Part shown: positions 1-10,395 of the stretch, in pieces
How the letters are laid out: every line of letters starts with the position of its first letter
How positions within the stretch are numbered: the stretch's first letter is position 1
DNA from: Bacteroidota bacterium
Lineage (GTDB): Bacteria > Bacteroidota > Bacteroidia > Chitinophagales > Saprospiraceae
Direction: 5' to 3'
Length of the DNA stretch: 64,000 bases
Assembly (NCBI GenBank): GCA_024743405.1
Contig: JANSWP010000032.1
Span: 1,831-65,830 of the forward strand
Position numbers and translations under genes: made by a program
The notes under the pieces: generated by a model
The model's database searches: none
Told to the model about the DNA's origin: nothing
What the model saw: only the letters and a program-made list of their open reading frames with translations

Positions 1-1023
1 TTATTGAATCAATCCGCTAATTTAGTTGGCGCCAAACCAGAAGAAGTCGTTGTCATGAATACATTGACGGTCAATCTGCACTTAATGATGGTTTCTTTTT
101 ATCGACCAACGAAAGAGCGATTTAAAATAATCATGGAAGGAGGCGCATTTCCATCAGATCAGTATGCAATAGAGAGTCAAATTCGGTTTCATGGTTTTTT
201 GCCAGAAGATGCAATTATTGAAGTTTCGCCGAGAGAAGGAGAAGAAAATTTAAGAACGGAAGATATTTTGTCAACTATCGAAAAACATGGGGAAGAAACT
301 GCTTTGGTGTTATTCGGTGGGGTCAACTATTATACAGGGCAGTTTTTTGATTTAGAAAAAATCACTAAAAAAGGACATGAAGTTGGTGCAAAAGTGGGCT
401 TTGATTTGGCACATACAGCGGGAAATTTGCCGCTTCAATTGCATGATTGGAATGTTGATTTCGCTGTTTGGTGCAGCTATAAATATTTAAATTCTGCCCC
501 CGGAGGACCGAGTGGTGTATTTGTGCATGAGCGACATGGAGACAACCGAGACCTACCCCGGTTTGCGGGTTGGTGGGGACATGATGAGGAACATCGTTTT
601 TTGATGAAAAAAGGGTTTGTACCGATGAAGGGAGCCGCTGGTTGGCAATTGAGTAATGTACAGATTTTGAGCTGTGCAGCACACAAGGTGAGTTTGGATA
701 TGTTCGAAGAAGTAGGGATGCCCGCATTGCGAGAAAAGAGTTTAAAACTGACTGGATATCTTATTTATTTGATTGAAAAATTAAATGAAAAAGGTGGTAA
801 TTTTAATATTATTACGCCTAAAACACCTGAAGACCGTGGTGCTCAGCTTTCTATTTTAACAGGAGACGATGGAAAAGCTTTATTTGATTATTTGACAGAG
901 AATGGGGTGATTACAGATTGGCGAGAACCAAATGTCATTCGATTGGCGCCTGTTCCGATGTACAATAATTTTGAGGATGTTTGGTGGTTTGCGGAGTTTT
1001 TGAACAGGTGGCTGGATAAGTGA
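1..1023 (+). CDS. kynU: kynureninase, 5' end cut by window edge
   Basis: The frame is open to position 1. The translation carries the kynureninase-type PLP region (FAVWCSYKYLNSAPGG) and family-like sequence over about 340 aa. Confidence 0.9.
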   Translation, partial: LLNQSANLVGAKPEEVVVMNTLTVNLHLMMVSFYRPTKERFKIIMEGGAFPSDQYAIESQIRFHGFLPEDAIIEVSPREGEENLRTEDILSTIEKHGEETALVLFGGVNYYTGQFFDLEKITKKGHEVGAKVGFDLAHTAGNLPLQLHDWNVDFAVWCSYKYLNSAPGGPSGVFVHERHGDNRDLPRFAGWWGHDEEHRFLMKKGFVPMKGAAGWQLSNVQILSCAAHKVSLDMFEEVGMPALREKSLKLTGYLIYLIEKLNEKGGNFNIITPKTPEDRGAQLSILTGDDGKALFDYLTENGVITDWREPNVIRLAPVPMYNNFEDVWWFAEFLNRWLDK

Positions 1024-1084
1024 TTTGTAGAGGCTGATTTTTAGGGGCGATATGAGCTTCAATAAGTATCTTGAAAATCAGTCT

Positions 1085-1846
1085 CTAACCTTCCACTTTG
1101 AAAGATCGACTTACCCAAATTAACTTACCAGAATCTTGGATAGCAGCGGTAATTGTTAATTTTCCTCCTTTCTTGGTTTTGTCAATCACTTTTATTAATT
1201 CTTTTGAAATTTGACCTTTGGTATCTCGGGCATCAAATGTCCTTTTTCTCTTTTCCAAAACGAAAACTAATTCATTTACTCGGTGGGTACTACCAAGAGG
1301 ATCACGAACGAGTATAGTATTGGCTATGTTTTGGCGTAAGGCTTCATATTGAACGACTCCACCATTCAAAGCACCCCATGAAATAGAATAATTTTCGGCA
1401 AGGTTGGCATCCACTGTTTTTAAATAAAACTGGACAGGTAGATTCAGCTTTATAGCCACTTTTTTTCCTTCATGGATACCAGATTCCCACATCGGCATTT
1501 GTCGAATGACGGTTAAAGCAGCTTCTCCACAGCCTCCACCTATATCTTTTAAAATAGAGGGTTGGGTGGCTTTCCCATCTTCATTAATAATGAAACTTAC
1601 ATATACAACTCCTTCAATTGCTTGATCTTGAGCCTCTTTTGGATAGGCTAAATGAGTTGATATATAGCCTATTAAATGTTGATTAGAACATTGGCGCTTA
1701 TCATCTGAACCATTTTCATAGATCTCACAACCAGGGAAATAAGGCATTTGATCCGCATGGGTTAATACATTAACTGGATCAAATAATTGGGCAGAAAGTG
1801 TGTAGGCAAGACATAAGATGACTAGGATTGTGGTAGTCTTTTTCAT
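1085..1846 (-). CDS. secreted TonB C-terminal-domain protein
   Basis: N-terminal signal peptide. It has the Bacteroidota TonB_C pattern MPYFPGC..CSNQHLIGYISTHLAYPKEA..IEGVVYVSFIINEDG..GGGCGEAAL..MPMW..PVQF. The C-terminal ~100 aa are unassigned. Confidence 0.7.
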   Translation of the reverse strand: MKKTTTILVILCLAYTLSAQLFDPVNVLTHADQMPYFPGCEIYENGSDDKRQCSNQHLIGYISTHLAYPKEAQDQAIEGVVYVSFIINEDGKATQPSILKDIGGGCGEAALTVIRQMPMWESGIHEGKKVAIKLNLPVQFYLKTVDANLAENYSISWGALNGGVVQYEALRQNIANTILVRDPLGSTHRVNELVFVLEKRKRTFDARDTKGQISKELIKVIDKTKKGGKLTITAAIQDSGKLIWVSRSFKVEG

Positions 1847-1934
1847 AGTTATGTTTTTGAAGGGAGATTTTCAAATTAAAAACTTAACTAATGTTTTGTC
1901 CGAAATTATTATGCCAAAAGTAGTAAGGAAGGAT

Positions 1935-1960
1935 GTTGGATGCCATTGAAGGCATCCAAC
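1935..1960 (-). terminator. hairpin downstream of glyA
   Basis: Perfect 10-bp stem gttggatgcc / ggcatccaac with a 6-nt loop, 23 nt after the glyA stop. No clear U-tract. Confidence 0.5.
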
Positions 1961-1982
1961 AACTTAGGAAAAATCTATCGTA

Positions 1983-3272
1983 TTATGCTTCAACAGTGTT
2001 TTCTTCATAAAGTGGAAATCGCTCCATAAAAGTATTTATTTCTTTTCGAGTATGATTGATCAAGTCTTCATTTTCGATGTCCTTGATAATGTCATCAACC
2101 CAATCGACTACTTTCACACAATCATTTTCATTAAAACCTCTTGTCGTAATTGCAGCTGTTCCAATTCGAATTCCAGAAGTCACAAATGGAGATTGCGTAT
2201 CGAAAGGAACCATGTTTTTGTTGACGGTTATTTCAGCTCTTACCAAAGCCTCTTCAGCTTGTTTTCCCGTAACACCCTTCGAACGTAAGTCAATCAACAT
2301 AAGATGATTATCTGTTCCATCAGAGATGATTTTATATCCTTTGTCAATAAATGCTTTAGCCATAGCTTGTGCATTCTTGATGACTTTTTGACCGTAGGTC
2401 TTAAATTCGGGTTTCAAAGCTTCTCCAAACGCCACTGCTTTGGCAGCAATTACATGCTCTAATGGTCCTCCTTGCATTCCAGGGAAAACACCGCTATTTA
2501 AGATTGCAGACATTTTTATGGGATTCCCTTTTCTTGTTTTTCGACCCCAAGGATTTTCGAAGTTCTTACCCATCATAATTAAACCACCTCGAGGACCTCG
2601 TAACGTCTTATGAGTGGTTGAAGTGATAATATGACAATGTTCCATTGGGCTATTTAATAGACCACCTGCAATCAGACCTGCAGGGTGAGCAATATCAGCT
2701 AAAAGGAGTGCACCAACTTTATCGGCAATTGCTCGGAATAGAGCATAATCAAAATCACGAGAATAGGCAGATGCGCCACAAACGATTAATTTTGGTTGTT
2801 CGCGGATAGCAATCTCCTCGACTTCATCCATATTAACCAAGCCAGTTGCTTCATCAACTCCATAAAAAACTGGGTTGTATACTTTCCCCGAATAATTAAC
2901 TGGTGAGCCATGCGAAAGGTGTCCACCATGTGCTAAATTCAAGCCTAAGACAGTATCCCCTGGCTTGAGACAAGCTAAGAATACGGCGGCATTTGCCTGG
3001 GCACCGGCATGTGGCTGAACATTGGCATATTCGGCCCCAAATAATTCTTTTAGTCGATCAATAGCTAATTGTTCAACTTGATCAACAATTTCACAACCGC
3101 CATAATAACGTTTGTTTGGGTAACCTTCTGCATATTTATTCGTCAAACAAGTCCCCATCGCATCAATGACGGCTTGGCTTGTGAAATTTTCGGAAGCGAT
3201 TAATTCTATGCCTTTTCGTTGGCGATCTAATTCCTGGTTGATAAGATTAAAAACCGCTGTGTCTCTGCTCAT
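1983..3272 (-). CDS. glyA: serine hydroxymethyltransferase
   Basis: [30 protein letters not shown]... and the [15 protein letters not shown]-lysine motif. I chose the ATG at 3272 rather than the ORF-track start at 3356, whose extra 28 aa are not family-like. Confidence 0.95.
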   Translation of the reverse strand: MSRDTAVFNLINQELDRQRKGIELIASENFTSQAVIDAMGTCLTNKYAEGYPNKRYYGGCEIVDQVEQLAIDRLKELFGAEYANVQPHAGAQANAAVFLACLKPGDTVLGLNLAHGGHLSHGSPVNYSGKVYNPVFYGVDEATGLVNMDEVEEIAIREQPKLIVCGASAYSRDFDYALFRAIADKVGALLLADIAHPAGLIAGGLLNSPMEHCHIITSTTHKTLRGPRGGLIMMGKNFENPWGRKTRKGNPIKMSAILNSGVFPGMQGGPLEHVIAAKAVAFGEALKPEFKTYGQKVIKNAQAMAKAFIDKGYKIISDGTDNHLMLIDLRSKGVTGKQAEEALVRAEITVNKNMVPFDTQSPFVTSGIRIGTAAITTRGFNENDCVKVVDWVDDIIKDIENEDLINHTRKEINTFMERFPLYEENTVEA

Positions 3273-3353
3273 TTTGGCGAATTTTTTTTTGGTATAGTTT
3301 TGAAGAATGGTATTAAATGGTAGGATTAACTTTTTATTATGAAAAAAGAGATA

Positions 3354-3361
3354 CAAATTTA
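3354..3361 (-). promoter_or_regulatory. candidate -7 box (TAAATTTG) for glyA
   Basis: The minus strand reads TAAATTTG, matching the Bacteroidota TAnnTTTG consensus, about 82 nt upstream of the glyA ATG. Confidence 0.35.
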
Positions 3362-3696
3362 CAATAAAACAAAACTAAAAAGCTTTTACATAGGTCAGTA
3401 TTCTGCAATTTTTTATTTTATTAAGTTATTCTGACAATCAAAAATTGTGGAATCTCACTTCAAACTAGGTTTTTTAGTTATTAAGCTGTTAATTATTTTT
3501 TTTCATAAGAAACCCTTTTGTATAAAATCTTTTTATGACTTAATTCTACCTTCAATTTTACCATTTTTTTTTCGTTGAAAAATCCTTTGTTTTGCAATTT
3601 GATTATATTCTAACCAGAATTCACGAAATTTGGTGAAAATTAATCAATAAGTGTTTTTTAATCTATCATTTGCCTTCCATAAGAAATAGAATAAGG

Positions 3697-5661
3697 ATGC
3701 TAATGTTGAATAAAACAATTCAATTCATAAGCTGTATAGTAGTATTGCTCAGTTTCGTGTCAGAAACGGTCAACGCTAAAAGTGATAAGTTTCGGGCCAT
3801 GTGGCGAGAAGACCCCTCGACGACTATGGTGATAGGTTGGAACCAAGTGTCCGGTGGGAATGCTATTTTACATATCGATGTATTAGATCATGGGCAAAAT
3901 GTTGAGGATTATGCAACTGTAAAAAAACCCGATAGGGTAATTCGTGCAAAAGGGATGAATAATTTTTTTGTTCGACTTTGGGGATTACGACCCAATACCA
4001 CTTATTATTTTGTAATCAAGGATGATGAAGGCATTAGTAAAAGAATGTCTTTCAAAACGGCTCCTGACAATCAGGAAGAACGCCTTTCCATCATCGCAGG
4101 TGGTGATTCTAGAAATTATCGGGAGGCTCGACAAAATGCTAATAGGATTGTCAGTCGATTGCGCCCTCATTTTGTGATGTTTGGAGGAGACATGACCGCA
4201 AGTGATAATGATGTTCAGTGGAAAAACTGGTTTGATGATTGGCAATTAACTATCGGGAGTGATGGACGGCTCTGTCCCGTGGTTGTTACTCGCGGCAATC
4301 ATGAGTCTGAAAATAAATCGTTGGTAGATCTTTTTGATGTCAAAAACGAAGACTGTTATTATGCACTTACTTTTGGGGGTAAATTATTTCGTGCGTACAC
4401 CTTAAATACATTGATTCCTGCTGATGGTTATCAGAAGGATTGGCTGATTAGAGACTTGCAAGCTCATCCCGATATTTTATGGAAAGCTGCTCAATACCAT
4501 CATAGTATAAGACCACATACCATCAAAAAGGATGAACAACATGATCAACAATTTCATTGGGCTCCTGCATTTTATGAGTTTGGAGTCAATTTAGTGGTCG
4601 AATCGGATGCTCATGTGGTGAAAAGTACTTGGCCTATTCGACCGTGTAAACCGAAAACACCTGGGAGTGATGAAGGGTATATTCGCGATGATGAAAACGG
4701 TACGGTTTACGTTGGAGAAGGCTGTTGGGGAGCCCCTATAAGACCTAATGACGATGACAAAAAATGGACCAGAAGTAGTGGTAGTTTCAACCAGTTTAAA
4801 TGGATTTTTGTAGATGAATTTCAAATGGAAATCCGAACGATCGTTTTAGATCAGTCTAGTGAGTGTGCTGAGGTCGAAGATTATGATATATTTACTCCTC
4901 CTCCTGGACTTAAAGTTTGGAATCCAAGAGAGGGAGATGTGATAACGATTAAGAAAAGACGAGCTTTAGTAGATGATTTTTTGGTGGATAATTCAAATGA
5001 GGAACAGGATGGAGGAAAATTCAACGATTCCCCTTTTGAAGGTTCGGTTGGAAGTTCGAATAGTGAGATCCTTGAGGCAAGAATTGCCCCAGGAATGAAA
5101 ATTTATGGGTTTAAAGCTATTCGTAGTGGATCGGATATTGCTATCAAATGGAAAACTGAACACGAGCGAGGAAGTATGGAGTACGAGGTACAACGCTCTT
5201 TAGGTACAGACGCAAATTTTAAAACGATTTGTAGAATTGATGGAAAGGGAAGAACTCAAAATGATTACTTATATATGGATCATGGGTTTGCCGCCAATAA
5301 TCCTGGAGCTCGTGTAAATTATCGATTAAAGCAAATCTTGCCTAGCGGTAAAAGTGCTTATTATGACTTGAAAGATGCGATCCAGAAGCCAGACGATTGG
5401 AGTGAATATCCACATTTAGGCTCTGTTCCAGAAACAGGAGAAATAACTTTTGATTATGATTTGAAGAGAGCTGCAGATGTTTCTGTTTTAATATTGAACC
5501 CACATTTGCAAGCTGTCAAAAGGATCCAGTATAGAGGACAACAACCAGGTTTTTATTCTCAAGGAATTAATATAGCAGAAGTGCCCAGAGGTAGGTATTT
5601 ATTGGTGGTTAAAGCAGGGAAACAAGTTTTAAGAAGATTTCGAGTGGTCAAAAAAAGTTAA
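3697..5661 (+). CDS. secreted metallophosphoesterase, purple-acid-phosphatase-like, possible T9SS cargo
   Basis: Signal peptide after the ATG at 3697. Calcineurin-like motifs GGDSRN, FGGDM, TRGNHE. The C-terminal ~80 aa resemble a T9SS sorting domain (..GRYLLVVKAGKQVLRRFRVVKKS). Confidence 0.7.
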   Translation: MLMLNKTIQFISCIVVLLSFVSETVNAKSDKFRAMWREDPSTTMVIGWNQVSGGNAILHIDVLDHGQNVEDYATVKKPDRVIRAKGMNNFFVRLWGLRPNTTYYFVIKDDEGISKRMSFKTAPDNQEERLSIIAGGDSRNYREARQNANRIVSRLRPHFVMFGGDMTASDNDVQWKNWFDDWQLTIGSDGRLCPVVVTRGNHESENKSLVDLFDVKNEDCYYALTFGGKLFRAYTLNTLIPADGYQKDWLIRDLQAHPDILWKAAQYHHSIRPHTIKKDEQHDQQFHWAPAFYEFGVNLVVESDAHVVKSTWPIRPCKPKTPGSDEGYIRDDENGTVYVGEGCWGAPIRPNDDDKKWTRSSGSFNQFKWIFVDEFQMEIRTIVLDQSSECAEVEDYDIFTPPPGLKVWNPREGDVITIKKRRALVDDFLVDNSNEEQDGGKFNDSPFEGSVGSSNSEILEARIAPGMKIYGFKAIRSGSDIAIKWKTEHERGSMEYEVQRSLGTDANFKTICRIDGKGRTQNDYLYMDHGFAANNPGARVNYRLKQILPSGKSAYYDLKDAIQKPDDWSEYPHLGSVPETGEITFDYDLKRAADVSVLILNPHLQAVKRIQYRGQQPGFYSQGINIAEVPRGRYLLVVKAGKQVLRRFRVVKKS

Positions 5662-7106
5662 TTTAATTCTTTCACAATTGCTTTTATTTTATCTAATAAT
5701 CCTTTCAATTGTTTTTTTGAAGTAAAGGGGTTCATTAAGGAGACCCTCATGAAAAGCCTTTCTCCTATTCTGGTTTGAAGAATAAAATATTCACCATCTT
5801 CCAAAATAGCGCCCCTGATTTTTGCATTCAATTCATCCAATTCGACTTCATTTTTTCCTTTTTCTAAATATCGAAAGCATATAATATTAGACTCAGGTTC
5901 GGCAACAGGCATTTGAAAATTCCCCTCCGCTGAAATCATTTTTGCAAATACTTTTCCTAAATCATATAAGGTGTTTACATTCTCTTCGAAAACCTTTTCA
6001 CCGTAAGTTTTCCAAATTGCATAAATTCGATGACTCATGGTCGTCTTCGTCAATTCAAAGGTTCGTTTTCCTAAATTATACCATTCTTGCGAATCTTCAT
6101 TATCCCATAAATAAGAGGCTTTTTGAGCGAAAGTTTGAAACGAATGGTTTCCATTTTTGAAGATGACTGCGGTAACTAAGGTCGGAACCATGAGCATCTT
6201 ATGAAAATCCATAATCACTGAGTCTGCTCGCTCAATTCCATTTAATAAATAGCGATATTTTTTAGAGAAAAGGACACAGCCCCCATGTGCAGCATCCACA
6301 TGTAGCCACAGTTTTTTTAATTCACAAAAATCCGCTATTTTGTCTATAGAATCATTGGATCCGACAGCCGTAGCACAGTTATTTGCGACTATTCCAAGCA
6401 CCTGAATTCCCGCTTTTTTTGCCTTTTCATAACAATCTTCTAAACTTTCCGTCATCAATTGAAAACGTTCGTTTACAGGGGCTTTTACAATTCCTTTCTC
6501 CCCCATGCCCATGACGCGAACTGCCCGATCAATTGAATAATGTGCTGCTTCGGAAGTGATAAAAGCATACTTTTTTTCAGAAAATCCATTACTCCAAACA
6601 TCTTCTTCAATCATTACTTGACGAGCGCAAAGTAACGCGGTTAAATTGCCTAAAGTGCCTCCTGAGGTGAAAAGTCCATCTGCTTTTTCTACCTCCATCC
6701 CCATTTTTGCAGCCAACTTTTTTGCTAGCAATTTTTCCAGAACAACCCCCACATTTCCTTGTTCAAAAACGCCCATTCCAACATCTAAAAAACCACCAAA
6801 AAATTCTGCTAAAACGGAAGCAGGCAATGGTACAGAAGTTTGATGTCCCATATATTTAGGGTTGTGTAAATGGGTTGTTTCAGCTAAAGCAGTTTTGAAA
6901 AATTGATTAATGTCAGAATTAGGTTGGTCAATTCTTCTCTTTTCCCATGTTGCGTACAACTCATCTGGAGGAATCCAATTGAGTACTTTTAAAGATTCCT
7001 TTTCTGAACTTACTTTTTGAAGATGGTTGGCCAATAAATCAACCAATTCGTGTCCTTGTTTTCGGAAGGTTTCTGGGTCATATGCCTTTTTAAGTAATTC
7101 TGTCAT
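5658..7106 (-). CDS. PLP-dependent group II amino-acid decarboxylase
   Basis: 482 aa. It has SGGTLGNL, HVDAAHGG and the DFHKML PLP-lysine motif typical of aromatic-amino-acid / diaminobutyrate decarboxylase-like enzymes. Confidence 0.8.
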   Translation of the reverse strand: MTELLKKAYDPETFRKQGHELVDLLANHLQKVSSEKESLKVLNWIPPDELYATWEKRRIDQPNSDINQFFKTALAETTHLHNPKYMGHQTSVPLPASVLAEFFGGFLDVGMGVFEQGNVGVVLEKLLAKKLAAKMGMEVEKADGLFTSGGTLGNLTALLCARQVMIEEDVWSNGFSEKKYAFITSEAAHYSIDRAVRVMGMGEKGIVKAPVNERFQLMTESLEDCYEKAKKAGIQVLGIVANNCATAVGSNDSIDKIADFCELKKLWLHVDAAHGGCVLFSKKYRYLLNGIERADSVIMDFHKMLMVPTLVTAVIFKNGNHSFQTFAQKASYLWDNEDSQEWYNLGKRTFELTKTTMSHRIYAIWKTYGEKVFEENVNTLYDLGKVFAKMISAEGNFQMPVAEPESNIICFRYLEKGKNEVELDELNAKIRGAILEDGEYFILQTRIGERLFMRVSLMNPFTSKKQLKGLLDKIKAIVKELN

Positions 7107-7224
7107 AATGTGAAATTCTATTCTAACTTTGGAAGTTTATATAACAAACTTACCTTTTGTTGAAGGGGATTTTTAAGTATTGAAATGATTTTTTTTGATT
7201 AAAGTCCTTCAATAAATTCATTTA

Positions 7225-7384
7225 AGGAACGTGTAAAGAATAAGTTATAAAGGTTTGGGGAGAATATTTTGGTTTTAGCCAAGGCAAAAAACGCAGGCAT
7301 AGCCTCGCTACGGCGAGTATTTTTAACGAAAGATAAAATCAAAAGAATCCGCCTAAGGTTATAAGTTATTCTTTATACGTTCCT
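7225..7384. repeat. 160-bp extended imperfect hairpin (26-bp terminal inverted repeats)
   Basis: The arm aggaacgtgtaaagaataagttataa (7225-7250) pairs with ttataagttattctttatacgttcct (7359-7384) at 24/26 positions. The interior is partly self-complementary. A central mini-hairpin ctcgc-tacg-gcgag lies at 7304-7317. Confidence 0.7.
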
Positions 7385-7396
7385 AACTATCGAAAC

Positions 7397-8428
7397 ATGT
7401 CAAATATTCACTTTGAAGAAATTATTCATTCCTTTTTTGAAGAAGAAATTCTTCTACATCCAACGCCATTTGGTTCAGGGCACATCAATGATACTTTCAA
7501 GTTTTCTATTCAAAAGAATCAAGAGCAACAAGACTTTATTCTTCAAAGAATCAATCAAAATATTTTCCATAATCCCCAAGAGGTGATGGATAATATTCAA
7601 AAAGTAGCACTACATCTTGCCAAGAACAATTACCCTAAAAAAATATTATCTCCAGTCTTAACGCATGAAAATCAGTCTTTTCATAAAACTGAAACTGGAG
7701 AATATTGGCGGGTTTTTCCTTTTTTTAAAAATACCTTTACTATAGATAAAATTGATAACGAGACCCAAGCCTTTGAGGCAGCGAAAGCCTTTGGTGAATA
7801 TTTGAATTTTTTAAAAGGTCTTCCTCCTTCAGCATTAAGAACAACTATCCCCAATTTCCATAATGGAGTTTTGCGGCTTAAAAAATTTGAAAATACCCTT
7901 AAAACAGCTACTGAAACCAAAATTAATTTGGGACTTGTAGAAATTCAGTTCATTATTCAGCATGCTAATATTTTTGAGAAAATTGAGAGTCTGAAACTAC
8001 CCATTCGAATTACTCACAACGACACCAAAATCAATAACATTCTTTTGGATAAAACCACTCAAAAAGCGGTTGCGGTAATTGATTTGGATACATTGATGCC
8101 AGGAATAATACTTTCAGACTTTGGGGATATGGTGCGCACTTTTACTAATTCAGGGGAAGAAGATGAAGCAGATTTGTCAAAAGTAGAGATGCGGAAAGAT
8201 ATTTATTTGGCATTAGAGGCTGGTTTCCTTTCTGAAATGAAAGATTTAACCAAGCTGGAACGAGACCATCTTTCTGACGGAGCAAAATGGATTACTTTAA
8301 TGCAAGCTGTCCGATTTTTGACTGACTTTTTGGAAGGTGACCCTTATTATAAAATTAAATACCCTAATCATAATTTGGTCAGAGCCAAAAACCAAATTGC
8401 CTTATACAAAGGTCTTTTACTAGCCTAA
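7397..8428 (+). CDS. APH-fold phosphotransferase (N-acetylhexosamine-1-kinase-like)
   Basis: It has the catalytic loop ITHNDTKINNILLD followed by VIDLDT. The size of 343 aa fits the aminoglycoside-phosphotransferase / NahK-like kinase family. Confidence 0.65.
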   Translation: MSNIHFEEIIHSFFEEEILLHPTPFGSGHINDTFKFSIQKNQEQQDFILQRINQNIFHNPQEVMDNIQKVALHLAKNNYPKKILSPVLTHENQSFHKTETGEYWRVFPFFKNTFTIDKIDNETQAFEAAKAFGEYLNFLKGLPPSALRTTIPNFHNGVLRLKKFENTLKTATETKINLGLVEIQFIIQHANIFEKIESLKLPIRITHNDTKINNILLDKTTQKAVAVIDLDTLMPGIILSDFGDMVRTFTNSGEEDEADLSKVEMRKDIYLALEAGFLSEMKDLTKLERDHLSDGAKWITLMQAVRFLTDFLEGDPYYKIKYPNHNLVRAKNQIALYKGLLLA

Positions 8429-8455
8429 AAAAGATACAAATCATTTCCCTTTTCG

Positions 8456-8467
8456 ATGTCATGACAT
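8456..8467. promoter_or_regulatory. perfect 12-bp palindrome upstream of the MarR gene
   Basis: ATGTCATGACAT lies 38 bp before the ATG at 8505 and directly abuts a TAaaTTTA -7-like box (8468-8475). Confidence 0.35.
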
Positions 8468-8504
8468 TAAATTTACCATCCTTTAAAAAACAACCTAATC
8501 AATT

Positions 8505-8954
8505 ATGACCATTGAGGAAGCTATCAAACAGAAAAAACCATTTCGAAATCAACACCAACGTGCTGTAGTGAATCTGATTTTTACAACTAATCAAATCAGG
8601 GAAAAAATTAAAAAAGCGCTCAAACCTTTTGGTATTACTTTACAACAATATAATGTATTGCGTATTTTGAGGGGGGCAGGCGAGCCGATTACTACTTCTG
8701 TTATTAGGGAGCGACTATTGGATAAAATGGCGGACACATCTAGGATGGTTGATCGACTTTTTCAAAAGGGACTGGTTAACCGAGCTGTTTGTCCTTCAGA
8801 TAAGCGATTGGTAGATGTCAGTTTAAGTGATAAAGGATTTGAACTACTGGAACAAATGAATAATATCAATCAGGAATTAGATACAATTATTAGTGAAATT
8901 TCTAGTGACGAAGCTGCTTTATTGAATAATCTTTTGGATAAAATTCGAGGTTGA
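8505..8954 (+). CDS. MarR-family transcriptional regulator
   Basis: 149 aa. Winged-helix pattern ..ITLQQYNVLRILRGAG..ITTSVIRERLLDKMADTSRMVDRLFQKGLVNR..DKRLV. Confidence 0.85.
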   Translation: MTIEEAIKQKKPFRNQHQRAVVNLIFTTNQIREKIKKALKPFGITLQQYNVLRILRGAGEPITTSVIRERLLDKMADTSRMVDRLFQKGLVNRAVCPSDKRLVDVSLSDKGFELLEQMNNINQELDTIISEISSDEAALLNNLLDKIRG

Positions 8955-8970
8955 TGAATTTATAAAATAA

Positions 8971-9001
8971 AGAGGGCATGTTTCGGGTGACCACGCCCTC
9001 T
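8971..9001. terminator. bidirectional hairpin between convergent genes
   Basis: agagggcatg / cacgccctct forms a 10-bp stem with 1 mismatch. It is flanked by an A-run and a T-run and lies between the MarR gene and the PDZ gene. Confidence 0.6.
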
Positions 9002-9024
9002 TTTACAATGTTATGTACGTATCA

Positions 9025-10395
9025 CTACTCTAAAATAATCTTTTCAGTGAAGGTATTTTTGCCCTGTGCAATGGTCAATAATAAAGTGCCTTTTGCCGCA
9101 TCGCTTACATCAATTTGGGTATTATAATGCCCATCAAAATTGTTCAAATCTTCTTTATAAACTTCCTTTCCTGAAATGTCGTTAATTCTAACTTTTGTTG
9201 GTAATGCCTCACCTCGAAATTGGATTTGAAGTATTCCACTTGTAGGATTTGGAAAAATATTAATCATTTCTAAATCCAAACGGTGAGACTCAATAATATC
9301 TCTTACTTCCTTGCTTTCGTCTGCTATTTCTTCCACAATAATCTCTTCTTTTTCATCATCTCCATTTTGTTTGATAATGATGATTTTTCGTGATTTAACC
9401 ACGCCATTATTAGAACCATCTTCTGACTTAAAAAGGAAAATATTGTCATCGCCAAAAGGGTATTCTTCTTCTTCTTCTTCTTCAATCCAAATATTTACAT
9501 TTCCAGTATTTTCATTGCCTTTTAAAGTAGCCTCTGTTTGAGACGCATTTCCATCTCGTATATAGTCAATTTTAATTTTATCGCCAGCCTCGTATTCACC
9601 TAATACTTCCACCAAAGTTTCATGGCTTTGAGTGAGCTTCCCATCTACGGCAGTAATAATATCACCTTTTATTAAACCAGCCGCCTCAGCCGCACTTCCT
9701 TCGATGGTTCCAAGAATTTCTGCTCCTTTTTTATTTTCACCCTCGATAATCTCTGTTTCCTCGCCATTTATATTTTCAACAGTAACGGCAGTACCAATTT
9801 TTACGCCCAAAAAAGCTTTGTTATCATGCCCCATACTCTTGTGAATAAAGCTTTTATGGTTTCTATCGAAATGTTCAAAATGAATGCCCTTTTCCTTCAA
9901 TTCCTCCATTATATTTTCAGGCATTTCTTCATCGTTCCATTTAAATTCAAAAGATTCTCCATTTTCATCTCCTTGAATCCAAATGGCTTTATGGTCTCCA
10001 AGATTCTCAATTTCAATCTCCATGTTTTTCATTTTTTCTCTTATCTCTTCATCCAAACCTTCTAAATTTTTTAAGTCCAATTTCAAAATATCTAGGTCTT
10101 CTAAGTTATCTCCCAAAATCTTGATATTCTCTCCTAAGTTTTTGATTTCGAACTCATATTCATTAGAGAATTTCATCTCATTCCCTTCGTCATCGAGCCA
10201 AATCATATGATCAGCATCACTGCCTTCTTTGATGATTTTTTCGACAACTTCATTGCCATCTTCATCAATAGTTTTTTTAATGATGACGATTTTTTTGTCT
10301 GCTTTTTCGACTTTTTTTTCGTCTGCATTTTGAGCGATGAGGGCAGTTCCAACTGCAAAAAATAATAGTGTGAATAGAATTTTAAATGTTTTCAT
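9025..10395 (-). CDS. secreted PDZ-domain protein with T9SS type-A C-terminal sorting domain
   Basis: Signal peptide. E/K-rich region. PDZ core GAEILGTIEGSAAEAAGLIKGDIITAVDG. C-terminus INIFPNPTSGILQIQF...LLLTIAQGKNTFTEKIILE. Confidence 0.75.
   Translation of the reverse strand: MKTFKILFTLLFFAVGTALIAQNADEKKVEKADKKIVIIKKTIDEDGNEVVEKIIKEGSDADHMIWLDDEGNEMKFSNEYEFEIKNLGENIKILGDNLEDLDILKLDLKNLEGLDEEIREKMKNMEIEIENLGDHKAIWIQGDENGESFEFKWNDEEMPENIMEELKEKGIHFEHFDRNHKSFIHKSMGHDNKAFLGVKIGTAVTVENINGEETEIIEGENKKGAEILGTIEGSAAEAAGLIKGDIITAVDGKLTQSHETLVEVLGEYEAGDKIKIDYIRDGNASQTEATLKGNENTGNVNIWIEEEEEEEYPFGDDNIFLFKSEDGSNNGVVKSRKIIIIKQNGDDEKEEIIVEEIADESKEVRDIIESHRLDLEMINIFPNPTSGILQIQFRGEALPTKVRINDISGKEVYKEDLNNFDGHYNTQIDVSDAAKGTLLLTIAQGKNTFTEKIILE

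Noticed and set aside
3273-3356. N-terminal extension of glyA in the ORF track
   Set aside because: The extra 28 aa ([28 protein letters not shown]) are not SHMT-like and overlap the predicted promoter. The ATG at 3272 gives the canonical N-terminus.
9311-10210. Four plus-strand ORFs of 70-79 aa
   Set aside because: All are antisense to the PDZ/T9SS gene and are S/F/I-rich mirrors of its E/K/D-rich sequence.
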